Source: Cyanophyceae cyanobacterium (lineage in GTDB: Bacteria; Cyanobacteriota; Cyanobacteriia; Cyanobacteriales; JBHJGN01). From it: a stretch of 64,000 bases of DNA. Location of the stretch: the NCBI GenBank assembly GCA_050331735.1, contig JBHJGN010000029.1, positions 160,001 through 224,000 on the forward strand, read 5' to 3'. The notes beneath the pieces are model-generated. The model saw nothing but the letters and a program-made list of their open reading frames with translations, did not search any database and was not told the origin of the DNA. Of the stretch, positions 29,991 through 38,415 are shown piece by piece. The stretch's first letter is position 1; every line of letters starts with the position of its first letter. Both the position numbers and the translations under genes were made by a program.

Positions 29991-31214
29991 ATGAATCGCT
30001 TAGAGCTGCTAGAAGCAGCAGCAGAAGCACTCTGTCCGATCTTTGCTGATATTGATGCTCAGGTCAAGCAGAACCTGAGAAAGGTCTTGGAAGCTTTTAA
30101 AGAACAGCGCGTTGGTGTTCATCATTTCTCGAGCGTGAGCGGCTATGGACATGACGATCTCGGACGGGATACCCTTGACCGCGTGTTTGCTCAAGTTCTG
30201 GGAGCTGAAGCCGCAGCGGCGCGGATCCAGTTTGTTTCTGGCACTCATGCGATCGCCTGCGCGTTGTTTGGCGTTCTTCGTCCAGGAGACGAAATGTTGG
30301 CCGTTGTTGGTTCCCCCTACGACACCTTAGAGGAAGTGATTGGCTTGCGCGGCAACGGACAAGGTTCTCTCAAAGACTTTAACATTCAGTATCGACAGTT
30401 ACCTCTAGCCAATGAAGGAAGTGTCGATTGGCAAGCTCTCAGCACTGCGGTAGAAGCCAAAACTCGACTGGTATTTATTCAGCGTTCCTGTGGCTATTCC
30501 TGGCGAACCAGTTTGTCGATTGCAGAAATCGCTCGGATCGTTGGCTTAGTTAAACAGCAAAATCCTCATGCAGTTTGCTTTGTAGATAACTGCTACGGAG
30601 AGTTTGTGGAGCAGAAAGAACCGACTCAGGTGGGGGCTGATTTAATCGCCGGGTCTCTGATCAAAAATCCGGGGGGGACCATTGCCTCCGCTGGCGGTTA
30701 CGTGGCCGGACAGTCTCGGTGGGTAGAAGCCGCCTGTTGCCGTCTGACCGCTCCCGGAATTGGCCGTGCTGGAGGAGCCACCTTCGAGCAGCGGCTGCTG
30801 TATCAAGGGTTATTTCTCGCACCGCAAATGGTGGGAGAAGCGCTCAAGGGAAGTCATCTGATTGCCTATGTATTGGACAAATTAGGATACCGCGTTAACC
30901 CGCTCCCGCTCGTGCCTCGTCGGGATGTCATTCAGGCGATCGAGCTTGGTTCCCCAGACAAACTCATGGCCTTCTGTCGAGCGATTCAGCAGCATTCACC
31001 AGTGGGTTCCTATCTCGACCCCGTTCCTGCTCAAATGCCGGGGTACGACAGCCAGCTCGTCATGGCTGGAGGTACGTTCGTCGACGGCAGCACCTCAGAA
31101 TTTTCTGCTGATGGTCCCTTGAGAGAACCCTACGTCGTTTTTTGCCAGGGAGGAACGCACTGGACCCATGTTGCGATCGCTCTAGAAGCCGCTATTGCCG
31201 CCGTAGAAAGCTAA
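29991..31214 (+). CDS. PLP-dependent methionine gamma-lyase-like / aluminium resistance (YnbB) family protein
   Basis: FVSGTHAI, FVDNCYGEF, AGSLIKNPGG, MAGGTFVDGSTSEFSADGP. Confidence 0.88.
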   Translation: MNRLELLEAAAEALCPIFADIDAQVKQNLRKVLEAFKEQRVGVHHFSSVSGYGHDDLGRDTLDRVFAQVLGAEAAAARIQFVSGTHAIACALFGVLRPGDEMLAVVGSPYDTLEEVIGLRGNGQGSLKDFNIQYRQLPLANEGSVDWQALSTAVEAKTRLVFIQRSCGYSWRTSLSIAEIARIVGLVKQQNPHAVCFVDNCYGEFVEQKEPTQVGADLIAGSLIKNPGGTIASAGGYVAGQSRWVEAACCRLTAPGIGRAGGATFEQRLLYQGLFLAPQMVGEALKGSHLIAYVLDKLGYRVNPLPLVPRRDVIQAIELGSPDKLMAFCRAIQQHSPVGSYLDPVPAQMPGYDSQLVMAGGTFVDGSTSEFSADGPLREPYVVFCQGGTHWTHVAIALEAAIAAVES

Positions 31215-31280
31215 ATTAAAAAGTGTTGGCTTGGTCACTTATTAGGGAAAAATAGTAGGCAGGGCCTTATTTTAGAACCG

Positions 31281-31886
31281 ATGACACATTCAGAAAATAC
31301 CCGGCTGCTCGATATCATGCCTGCTTCCGGGCGCATGTTTACCAAAATCGTCAGCAAACCCCAGCAGGCTAAAGTCATAGATGCCCCGTTTCCGTTGCCC
31401 TGGAACCGGGAAAGACGCTCGATTTTGATCAATTTCGATCTCTGGCAGCGGCTACCTCAGCCGCAGCAAGATCTGCTAATTTTAAGGGCAGTTAGCAGTG
31501 TCATGCAAATCAAGTGGTTCAAGCCCGATATCTATCAAGGTATTACGTTGGCAGGAGTCGTCGGGCTAGCAACAGAGCTGGTGCAGCGAGATGCTGTGGG
31601 GGTTGCTGTGGCTGGCGGATTGAGTGTGATCGCCCTCAGCCAGATTTGGCGCAGCAACCGCAGTGTTCAAACCCAACTAACCGCCGATGAAGCCGCTATT
31701 AAAGTAGCGACCAGACGAGGATATACAGAAGCGGAGGCGGCAAGCCATCTGTTAGCAGCCCTCGAATCAGTCGCACAGCTTGAAGGTCGCAGCTTCAACT
31801 TTACCGAACTGATTCGCTCGCAAAACCTCAAAGTGATCGCTAATCTCTCTCCCGTTGGCGTTCCCGAAAGTATCCGCCAGGAATAA
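31281..31886 (+). CDS. DUF3318-type cyanobacterial membrane protein
   Basis: RLLDIMPASGRM, INFDLW, ADEAAI..A.RRGY. Confidence 0.75.
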   Translation: MTHSENTRLLDIMPASGRMFTKIVSKPQQAKVIDAPFPLPWNRERRSILINFDLWQRLPQPQQDLLILRAVSSVMQIKWFKPDIYQGITLAGVVGLATELVQRDAVGVAVAGGLSVIALSQIWRSNRSVQTQLTADEAAIKVATRRGYTEAEAASHLLAALESVAQLEGRSFNFTELIRSQNLKVIANLSPVGVPESIRQE

Positions 31887-32033
31887 AATCAGTCCGTCGC
31901 TGGGCAGCATCAAAGAGTAGCTCTTAGCCAATCGTGACAAGTTATCATATAGACTTCGCGATTTGTCAACTAGTTTTTAGCTGTTGGCTTGACTCTGTTT
32001 TGAACTGAATCGACGCCTTCCTTAGAGTTGAAT

Positions 32034-33233
32034 CTACTTTCCTGGATCTGTGACCCGCCAGCTCAGCTTGAGGTTAAACCAGAAATTCCACAGCGTTACG
32101 GCGGCGATCGCCATGAGCTTGGCCGCGTACTCATTCACGCCTAAAAGATTGTAGAGCAAATTAACCAAGAGGACGTTCAAAATTAGTCCCCCTAGACAAA
32201 TAACGTTAAACTTCAGCAGTCTTTTGAAACGGCTGCGCCAGCCCCGCTGTCGTCGAGAAATATCGCCAAACGTCCAGAGATCGTTCCAGAAAAAGTTGTT
32301 AATAATGGCCACTTCCGCCGAGAAAATGGCGCTGCGCGTTAGTCCTAACCCAACCAGTTCCCGCAACAGGTAGAAGATGCCCATATCTACAAAAACGCCG
32401 CTTAAGCCGACGACGCCAAAGCGCAGGAAGCGACCAACAGGCCAGAGATCGCAGCGTAACCGGAGCAGATGCTGCAAATACTCGATGTACTGTTTCCAGG
32501 TGACTTTACTTTCTCCGGCCTGACGTTCGCGGAAAACATAGCCAGCTTCTCCAATCCAGCGTACGTTGCCCCGCGCTACAACCTCAATTAAGATCTTGTA
32601 GCCCACCGGACTCAGGGGCTTGCCAAAAATGGCACTGCGGCGGACGAGAAAGTAACCGCTCATCGGATCGCTCAAGCGGCCAATCACCCCCGGCAGAATC
32701 ATTAAGCCGAGCATCTGCGCTCCCCGAGAGAGAAACCGCCGCACGATGCTCCATTCGCTAACACCGCCGCCCTCGACGTGGCGACTGGCTAAGGCCAGGT
32801 CGGCTCCGCGCTCTATTTCTTGCCAAAGCTGAAGCAAAACCTCTGGTGGGTGCTGCAAGTCGGCATCAATGACCCCCAACACCTCTCCTCGCGCTACCTG
32901 CCAGCCACGAATGACGGCGGTTGACAATCCTTTTTCATCAACGCGACGCATCACTCGTAGCTGCGGATAAGCTGCCGTTAACTCTTGGGCAATTTTCCAA
33001 GTCTGGTCTGGGCTATTGTCATCAACAACAATCAGCTCATAAGCACCGGGAATCACCCCGTCGAGTAAGCGGCTGAGAATGCTAATCAGCTCCTGAACAT
33101 TCTGCCCTTCATTGAAAGTCGGAACGATCAAAGAGAAGCGGACTGAATTGGCAGCTTGATGAACAGGACGTTCGGGAACGTGTAGGGAACCAGAAGGCAC
33201 TGGCAATAACGGGGCAAATTGGCTAGAACTCAT
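32034..33233 (-). CDS. GT2 polyprenol-phosphate glycosyltransferase fused to a GtrA flippase-like domain
   Basis: VPTFNE, VDDNSPD, IDADLQHPPE, SDPMSGYF; C-terminal LRFGVVG...NNFFWN GtrA region. Confidence 0.88.
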   Translation of the reverse strand: MSSSQFAPLLPVPSGSLHVPERPVHQAANSVRFSLIVPTFNEGQNVQELISILSRLLDGVIPGAYELIVVDDNSPDQTWKIAQELTAAYPQLRVMRRVDEKGLSTAVIRGWQVARGEVLGVIDADLQHPPEVLLQLWQEIERGADLALASRHVEGGGVSEWSIVRRFLSRGAQMLGLMILPGVIGRLSDPMSGYFLVRRSAIFGKPLSPVGYKILIEVVARGNVRWIGEAGYVFRERQAGESKVTWKQYIEYLQHLLRLRCDLWPVGRFLRFGVVGLSGVFVDMGIFYLLRELVGLGLTRSAIFSAEVAIINNFFWNDLWTFGDISRRQRGWRSRFKRLLKFNVICLGGLILNVLLVNLLYNLLGVNEYAAKLMAIAAVTLWNFWFNLKLSWRVTDPGK

Positions 33234-33242
33234 GGGGTTAAC

Positions 33243-34904
33243 TTAACTAGAGGCGGAGAGACTATATATGTAGGCAGTGAATTCGTCTAATTCCATCGTT
33301 CCCGACAGCGGCTGGATTTTTTCGAGCTGATAGCGGGAATTCAACACTTGCTGGACATTTTGTCGATCCTCGGCTGCCTGAGCTTCTGTCTGAGGAGCCG
33401 CCCAGAGAGGTCTTTGGCTGTCTAACCAAATAAGACGAGGATAGGAGGAACCGGACAGGGTTTTTTCTAATCCGGAAGCTAAACTAGCGCTATCTTGGGC
33501 AAGTAAGCTCACTGGAGCATTGGTTGGCAGATAGTAAACTAAACGCAGGACGTGTCCCCACGCTTTCGAGTTTATGGCAACGAGCGTCGGCGTTGCAGGC
33601 TGTTGTTCAATGATGTTTGCTAGTCGATGAAATACCCAGCGCGATCGCCCGCTGAAATCGGCCACACTGACGCTCAGATACAGCACGAGGAGAATCGCCG
33701 CTGTTGCCTTCTGCCACTGCTGCTGACTGCACTCAGCCCAGGCGGCAATCAGCAGCAAGCAGCCGGGAAGAATAAAAATGACCGATCGGCCCCAGCCAAA
33801 GCCCACCGTAAATTTGCCGCTCACGACATCAACTGCCAGCATCAGCAGCAGCGGCAGAATTCCGAGCAAAAAAGCAATTCCAAATGCTTGTCGTCCTCGA
33901 TGCCACAGACTCACGCTACAGCCTAGCAGACCGAGAATAACCAGCACTCCTGAACCAATGACAACGGCAGGCGGTAACGTGCTTACCCAATCTCCCACCG
34001 CGAGATGAATGCCCAAGGTTTGGACAACCCCTGCTGTATGCGTAGCAACTGTTTCTAGCCAATTGTTCGAGGTGGCAAACCGATTAAGATCGGCATTTCG
34101 CAACTGCTGTCGAGTGCCCCACCACACCCAAGGAGTGGTAATCACGGCTCCAGTACTGAGAGCCAGGGCATATTGCCACCAGCGTTTACGGTCCAGCAAC
34201 AACACGACAGCCCCCAGCGCTACCAGCCAAACCGCAAAGTAATAAAACGTCATCAATCCTGCCGTGACTGAACCGATGAGCAGCACCCAGAGACCAAAAC
34301 GGTGCAGCGATCGCCTGCTGGTTACTGTCCGATTGAGGTGAATTAACTCTAACAACAGCCAAGCGCTTACCACCGTCCAGAAGACTAGGGGAGTGTACAT
34401 GCGGACGTTGAGAGAGTGAAACAAAAAAAACGGATTCACTCCTAACAACGCCGCCAATAGCAAGCCACCGCGATGTCCAAGGACGCGATTTCCGAGGCCG
34501 TAAGCCCCGCCAATGGCTCCCACGCTAAACAAGACCCCGAGGCTACGCAGGGCGGCTTCTGAATTGCCAAACAGCCGCAGCCAGAAATGCTGACCGAGAT
34601 AGAATAATGGCGGATGAGGTTCAGCAACTAAGCCCTTTAACAGCTTTTCAAGGGTTCCTAAAAAATTTGACCAGCTCGTTTCTGGCGGCAGGGTCAGGAC
34701 CGAGGAGTAGCTGCTCAGATCAACTGGCACATCGCCCGGAGTCCGATAAGCGCCCTTTTGACCGGTGGACAGCAGCAGTGACAAAACTTCGTCGTACCAA
34801 AATTCTCGCTCGCCTACATAAACAATCCTTAACAGTACGGCGATCGCAATCAGCGCCAGCAGCAAAAACTCTAGGTTCCGCAGTGGTTTAGACAATTTGG
34901 GCAT
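33243..34904 (-). CDS. GT-C membrane glycosyltransferase (PMT/ArnT-like)
   Basis: FWYDE, HPPLFY, ALRSL, NVRMY motifs; many transmembrane segments. Confidence 0.85.
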   Translation of the reverse strand: MPKLSKPLRNLEFLLLALIAIAVLLRIVYVGEREFWYDEVLSLLLSTGQKGAYRTPGDVPVDLSSYSSVLTLPPETSWSNFLGTLEKLLKGLVAEPHPPLFYLGQHFWLRLFGNSEAALRSLGVLFSVGAIGGAYGLGNRVLGHRGGLLLAALLGVNPFFLFHSLNVRMYTPLVFWTVVSAWLLLELIHLNRTVTSRRSLHRFGLWVLLIGSVTAGLMTFYYFAVWLVALGAVVLLLDRKRWWQYALALSTGAVITTPWVWWGTRQQLRNADLNRFATSNNWLETVATHTAGVVQTLGIHLAVGDWVSTLPPAVVIGSGVLVILGLLGCSVSLWHRGRQAFGIAFLLGILPLLLMLAVDVVSGKFTVGFGWGRSVIFILPGCLLLIAAWAECSQQQWQKATAAILLVLYLSVSVADFSGRSRWVFHRLANIIEQQPATPTLVAINSKAWGHVLRLVYYLPTNAPVSLLAQDSASLASGLEKTLSGSSYPRLIWLDSQRPLWAAPQTEAQAAEDRQNVQQVLNSRYQLEKIQPLSGTMELDEFTAYIYSLSASS

Positions 34905-35153
34905 CGGTCAGCTTCAGTTCCCGTCACTCAGCGATAGTCGAGCTTGAGTAATTAGGATAACCTAAAAATCTTTATCAGTTGGCAGGGGCGATCGCCCCAA
35001 AGATAAGACCAGCTTGGCTTTGATACAAATGTCACAGCATCTAACGATTCAGAAAGCCCAGCAAATTTGCGGCGGCGCGAAAGTAAGATATTTGTATTGG
35101 TGACGTTGGCACTTCAGTTTATTCTCAAAGTGTCCTTCATCTTTTCATCAACC

Positions 35154-35798
35154 ATGGCACTATTCTTTCTTGTGAGCGGCTTACTGTTACTGAGTGCCTA
35201 TTTGTTGGGCTCTATTCCCAACGGGTATTTGCTCGGTCGTGCTCTTAAAGGAATTGACATCCGCGAACACGGCTCTGGCTCGACGGGCGCAACTAATGTC
35301 CTGAGAACCGTCGGTAAGGGAGCGGCCCTCGCTGTGCTATTGCTCGATGCGGCTAAAGGAGCCCTTTCCGTCGCCTTAATTGACGGCTGCTATACTTTTT
35401 ATCCTCAATGGCTTCCTCCGGGCTGGCAGCCTTGGCTCGCCACCGCTGCCGCTTTTACAGCTATTGTCGGTCATAGCAAATCAATCTGGATTAATTTTAC
35501 CGGGGGGAAATCAGTAGCAACCGGATTAGGCGTACTGCTCGTCATGTCTCCCCTCGTCGCCGGTGGAACATTAGCCGTGTTTATCATCGTCCTAGCGCTG
35601 ACCAGAATCGTGTCTCTGAGCTCCATCGCAGCAGCGATCGCCGTCAACCTTTGGCTGATTGCCCTCCATCAGCCTATCCCCTACCTTCTCTTCGGCGGTA
35701 TTGCTGGGACTTACGTCATTTTGCGTCACCGCAGCAACATCGAGCGTCTCCTAGCCGGAACAGAACCCAAAATTGGCCAAAAGCTTACGCAAGAATAA
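35154..35798 (+). CDS. plsY: Acyl-phosphate:glycerol-3-phosphate acyltransferase
   Basis: YLLGSIP, GSGSTGATNVLR, DAAKG, GGKSVAT, RHRSNIERL. Confidence 0.95.
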   Translation: MALFFLVSGLLLLSAYLLGSIPNGYLLGRALKGIDIREHGSGSTGATNVLRTVGKGAALAVLLLDAAKGALSVALIDGCYTFYPQWLPPGWQPWLATAAAFTAIVGHSKSIWINFTGGKSVATGLGVLLVMSPLVAGGTLAVFIIVLALTRIVSLSSIAAAIAVNLWLIALHQPIPYLLFGGIAGTYVILRHRSNIERLLAGTEPKIGQKLTQE

Positions 35799-35988
35799 GT
35801 CCCTGCGGAACGGGGAAGGGGGAAAGGGAATGTCCCTAGCGGGACGGGAAAAGGCGAGAACGTCGCTTGGCGACGGGAAAAGAACCCAGGATTAAGAGAG
35901 CCGCTGATTGATTTGCCCTTTCCCCCTTCCCCGTTCCCCGTTGCGCAGCAACTATTTTCCCGTTGCGCAGCAACTTTCCCCCTTCCCC
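35799..35988. repeat. Composite intergenic repeat, copy B
   Basis: Inverted homologue of 28885-28980, plus two tandem GTTGCGCAGCAAC hairpins (22-nt period). Confidence 0.85.
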
Positions 35989-36005
35989 ACGCCTAGGAGC
36001 GCTTA

Positions 36006-36620
36006 TTAAAGCAGAATCAATCCCTGTCTGAGACCGAGAGTGACGGCTTCGGTGCGGCTAGAGGCGTTGAGCTTGGCAAAGAGGGAGCTAACGTGGAATT
36101 TGACGGTGTGTTCGGAAATAGTGAGGCGAGCGGCAATCTCTTTGTTGCCTAAACCGAGGGCGAGCATCTGAAGCACCTCCACCTCTCGGGTGGTCAGAGG
36201 AGCGGTGTCAGGAACAAGCGCCGGCGGGGACGGGGGAAAGAGCTCCTCAGTAAAATAGGGATGCAGCACCGTTAACCCTTGAGCAACGGCTTCTACTGCG
36301 GTCATAATTTCTGCTGCTGTTGCTGACAAGGGCAGGAGGGCCTGTACTCCCATTGAGAGGGCATCCGCCACCCGCTCGTTAGCGATTTGGTCGCTGAGCA
36401 CGATGACTGCTGGAGTTTTGTAGTCTAAGCACAACCGTTCTCCTAGGAGTTCATCCTCTGGCTCCTCCAACAGCAGGACATCGGGCTGCTGTTGGAGGAG
36501 CTGCCGGAGAGCAGCCACAGTTGAGGAGCTGCCGACAACTTCGATGGAGCTTGTGGTAATCAGATTCTCTAACCCGGCCCTCACAATCGGATGGGGTGAA
36601 TGAAGCACCACACGCGTCAT
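36006..36620 (-). CDS. NarL/LuxR-type regulator with an atypical (pseudo-)receiver domain
   Basis: LTTREVEVL..GLGNKEIA..LTISEHTVKFHV HTH; the receiver lacks the acidic pair (VVLHSPH), the phospho-Asp (DVLLLE) and the conserved Lys (ALLPL). Confidence 0.88.
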   Translation of the reverse strand: MTRVVLHSPHPIVRAGLENLITTSSIEVVGSSSTVAALRQLLQQQPDVLLLEEPEDELLGERLCLDYKTPAVIVLSDQIANERVADALSMGVQALLPLSATAAEIMTAVEAVAQGLTVLHPYFTEELFPPSPPALVPDTAPLTTREVEVLQMLALGLGNKEIAARLTISEHTVKFHVSSLFAKLNASSRTEAVTLGLRQGLILL

Positions 36621-37264
36621 AGACTTTCCTCTCGAGCCAGAAACCGCTCAACTTCATGACTGGGAATGGCCAAAGCCAATCCCCCAGCGATCATTGTGTT
36701 GATGCCAATCACGTGACCTTGAGCGGTTGCCAAAGGACCGCCAGAATTACCCGGAGCAAGCCGAATATTGGCCCGCAGCCAGTCTTGTTGGAGAGGCGCC
36801 TCCTCGAGGCGTATCCAGCGATCGCCCCATCGCGATCGCCCTTGTCTCCGCAGGTTTCGAGCCAGTCTCCCGGCTGAGGAGCTATAAACGGTTCCAGTGG
36901 TCAAGGCTCCCGTTGTGCCGAGGGGATTGCCGACCGCCAGCACCAATTCCCCGGGCCGCAGCGTCTGAGAATGACCGACCGTTACTGCGGGGAGAGTGGC
37001 TGGAACGCGCAGTACGGCTAAATCTCTATCGGGGTCTCGCCACCTAACCTGAGCGTTAAGAATTTGTCCGTTGGCAAGTTCTACGAGCGTCGGTGCTGCC
37101 CAGACAACATGAGCATTGGTGACAATCAGGCCATCAGAGCGCCAAATAACGCCAGAGCCGGCACTGCCACGACTGCTGCTAATTTTCACGGTCGAATGGC
37201 GTAATCGGTGAGCGATCGCCGCTAGCTCTGTGGCAAGTTGAGCGGTTATTGCTCTCTGGATCAT
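36617..37264 (-). CDS. Trypsin-like (S1C) serine protease without PDZ domain or signal peptide
   Basis: Intact triad VTNAHVV, DRDLAVL, PGNSGGPL. Confidence 0.88.
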   Translation of the reverse strand: MIQRAITAQLATELAAIAHRLRHSTVKISSSRGSAGSGVIWRSDGLIVTNAHVVWAAPTLVELANGQILNAQVRWRDPDRDLAVLRVPATLPAVTVGHSQTLRPGELVLAVGNPLGTTGALTTGTVYSSSAGRLARNLRRQGRSRWGDRWIRLEEAPLQQDWLRANIRLAPGNSGGPLATAQGHVIGINTMIAGGLALAIPSHEVERFLAREESL

Positions 37265-37268
37265 TTTC

Positions 37269-38183
37269 CTACCTCCCGCGCTCGCCCACTTCTAAAGAGA
37301 CTTCAATGAGTTCGCCACCGCGCAGGAGCTGCACCGCTAGCGTTTGACCGACACTCTGCGGCCCCAAAACAGCCTGGATATCGCCGGTGTCTGTAACAGC
37401 CGTTCCGTTGATAGCCACGAGCACATCCCCGAGGAAGATGCCGGAGCGATCGCCGGGTCCGCCGGATTCAACGCTGACGACAATTACGCCTCGCTGTGAC
37501 GACAGTGAAAATCTTCGGGACAAAGTATCTGGGAGGGCGACAGGCTGCATCCCCAAACCGAGATAGCCTCTAGCAACGCGTCCTTGCTTCAGTAACTGAT
37601 CGAGCACTCGCTGGACGGTGGTAGCGGGAATCGTCAGTACGCTGCGACGCGGACCAAACGTATTAAAACCGACGACAGTCCCGCCTGCATCGACGAGAGG
37701 TCCGCCTGCTCCTTCAGAGTAGAGGGTTAAATCAGGACGAATTAGCTGGTCAATCAAGCCGCCTCTCATACTCTGCCAGGACTGGCCGAGAAGACTGATC
37801 GCTCCAAGGCTGGCAGATAGCCCTTGCTCCCGACTGCGACCGACTGCAAGCACTAAATGTCCTACCTGAAGGGCGGTCGGCTGACCGATATTGGCTGTCG
37901 GTGGCAGTTCTTCCCCCAGCAGCTTTAAAACGGCGACGTCAGTGCTGGCGTCTCGACCGGCAACAGTCACAGGGACAGTTTGACCAGAGGGCAACGTCAC
38001 GGTCATCGCCTCTTCGCGTTTAATCATTTCATCGGAGGTGACAATGATTCCTGGTTGCCAGTGAATGCCGCTTGAGGAACGCCGCGAGCCGTGCACCGCA
38101 ACGACAGATTGGCCCACGGTCTGAACAGTATCGGCAATGCTCTTTGAAAGAGCCGATAGCAGATTGTCGGTTGACGTCAGCAT
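37269..38183 (-). CDS. HtrA/S1C-fold protein with PDZ domain and a degenerate catalytic triad
   Basis: VTSDEMI in place of TNAHV; SEGAGGPL in place of PGNSGGPL; PDZ RGYLGLGM...GDVLVAING. Confidence 0.85.
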   Translation of the reverse strand: MLTSTDNLLSALSKSIADTVQTVGQSVVAVHGSRRSSSGIHWQPGIIVTSDEMIKREEAMTVTLPSGQTVPVTVAGRDASTDVAVLKLLGEELPPTANIGQPTALQVGHLVLAVGRSREQGLSASLGAISLLGQSWQSMRGGLIDQLIRPDLTLYSEGAGGPLVDAGGTVVGFNTFGPRRSVLTIPATTVQRVLDQLLKQGRVARGYLGLGMQPVALPDTLSRRFSLSSQRGVIVVSVESGGPGDRSGIFLGDVLVAINGTAVTDTGDIQAVLGPQSVGQTLAVQLLRGGELIEVSLEVGERGR

Positions 38184-38286
38184 AGTTTTGTTTCAACTCG
38201 AGAAGGTATCTGCTGTTGATTGTGCCGTTCAGCCAGTAGAAACGACATCAGATAAATGGGCAGTTCGTTTCCTAGAAAAATGGCTA

Positions 38287-38412
38287 GGGGAAGCGCCACA
38301 GGCGCGGGAAAAGGTCAAAGGGGGAATAAATGAGTTTGTTTCTTAACTCTGTGTTCTTTCCCTTTCCCCGTCCCGTCAGGGACAGTTTCCCCTTTCCCCG
38401 TCGCGGAGCGAC
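38287..38412. repeat. Composite intergenic repeat, copy C (heptamers plus three mini-hairpins)
   Basis: GCGCCACAGGCGC, GTCCCGTCAGGGAC and GTCGCGGAGCGAC embedded in GGGGAA/TTTCCCC tracts. Confidence 0.8.
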
Positions 38413-38415
38413 AAA

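Noticed and set aside
28825..38412. Hairpin repeats as a possible CRISPR array
   Set aside because: The units are 13-14 nt, not regularly spaced, have no unique ~35-nt spacers, and no cas genes are present
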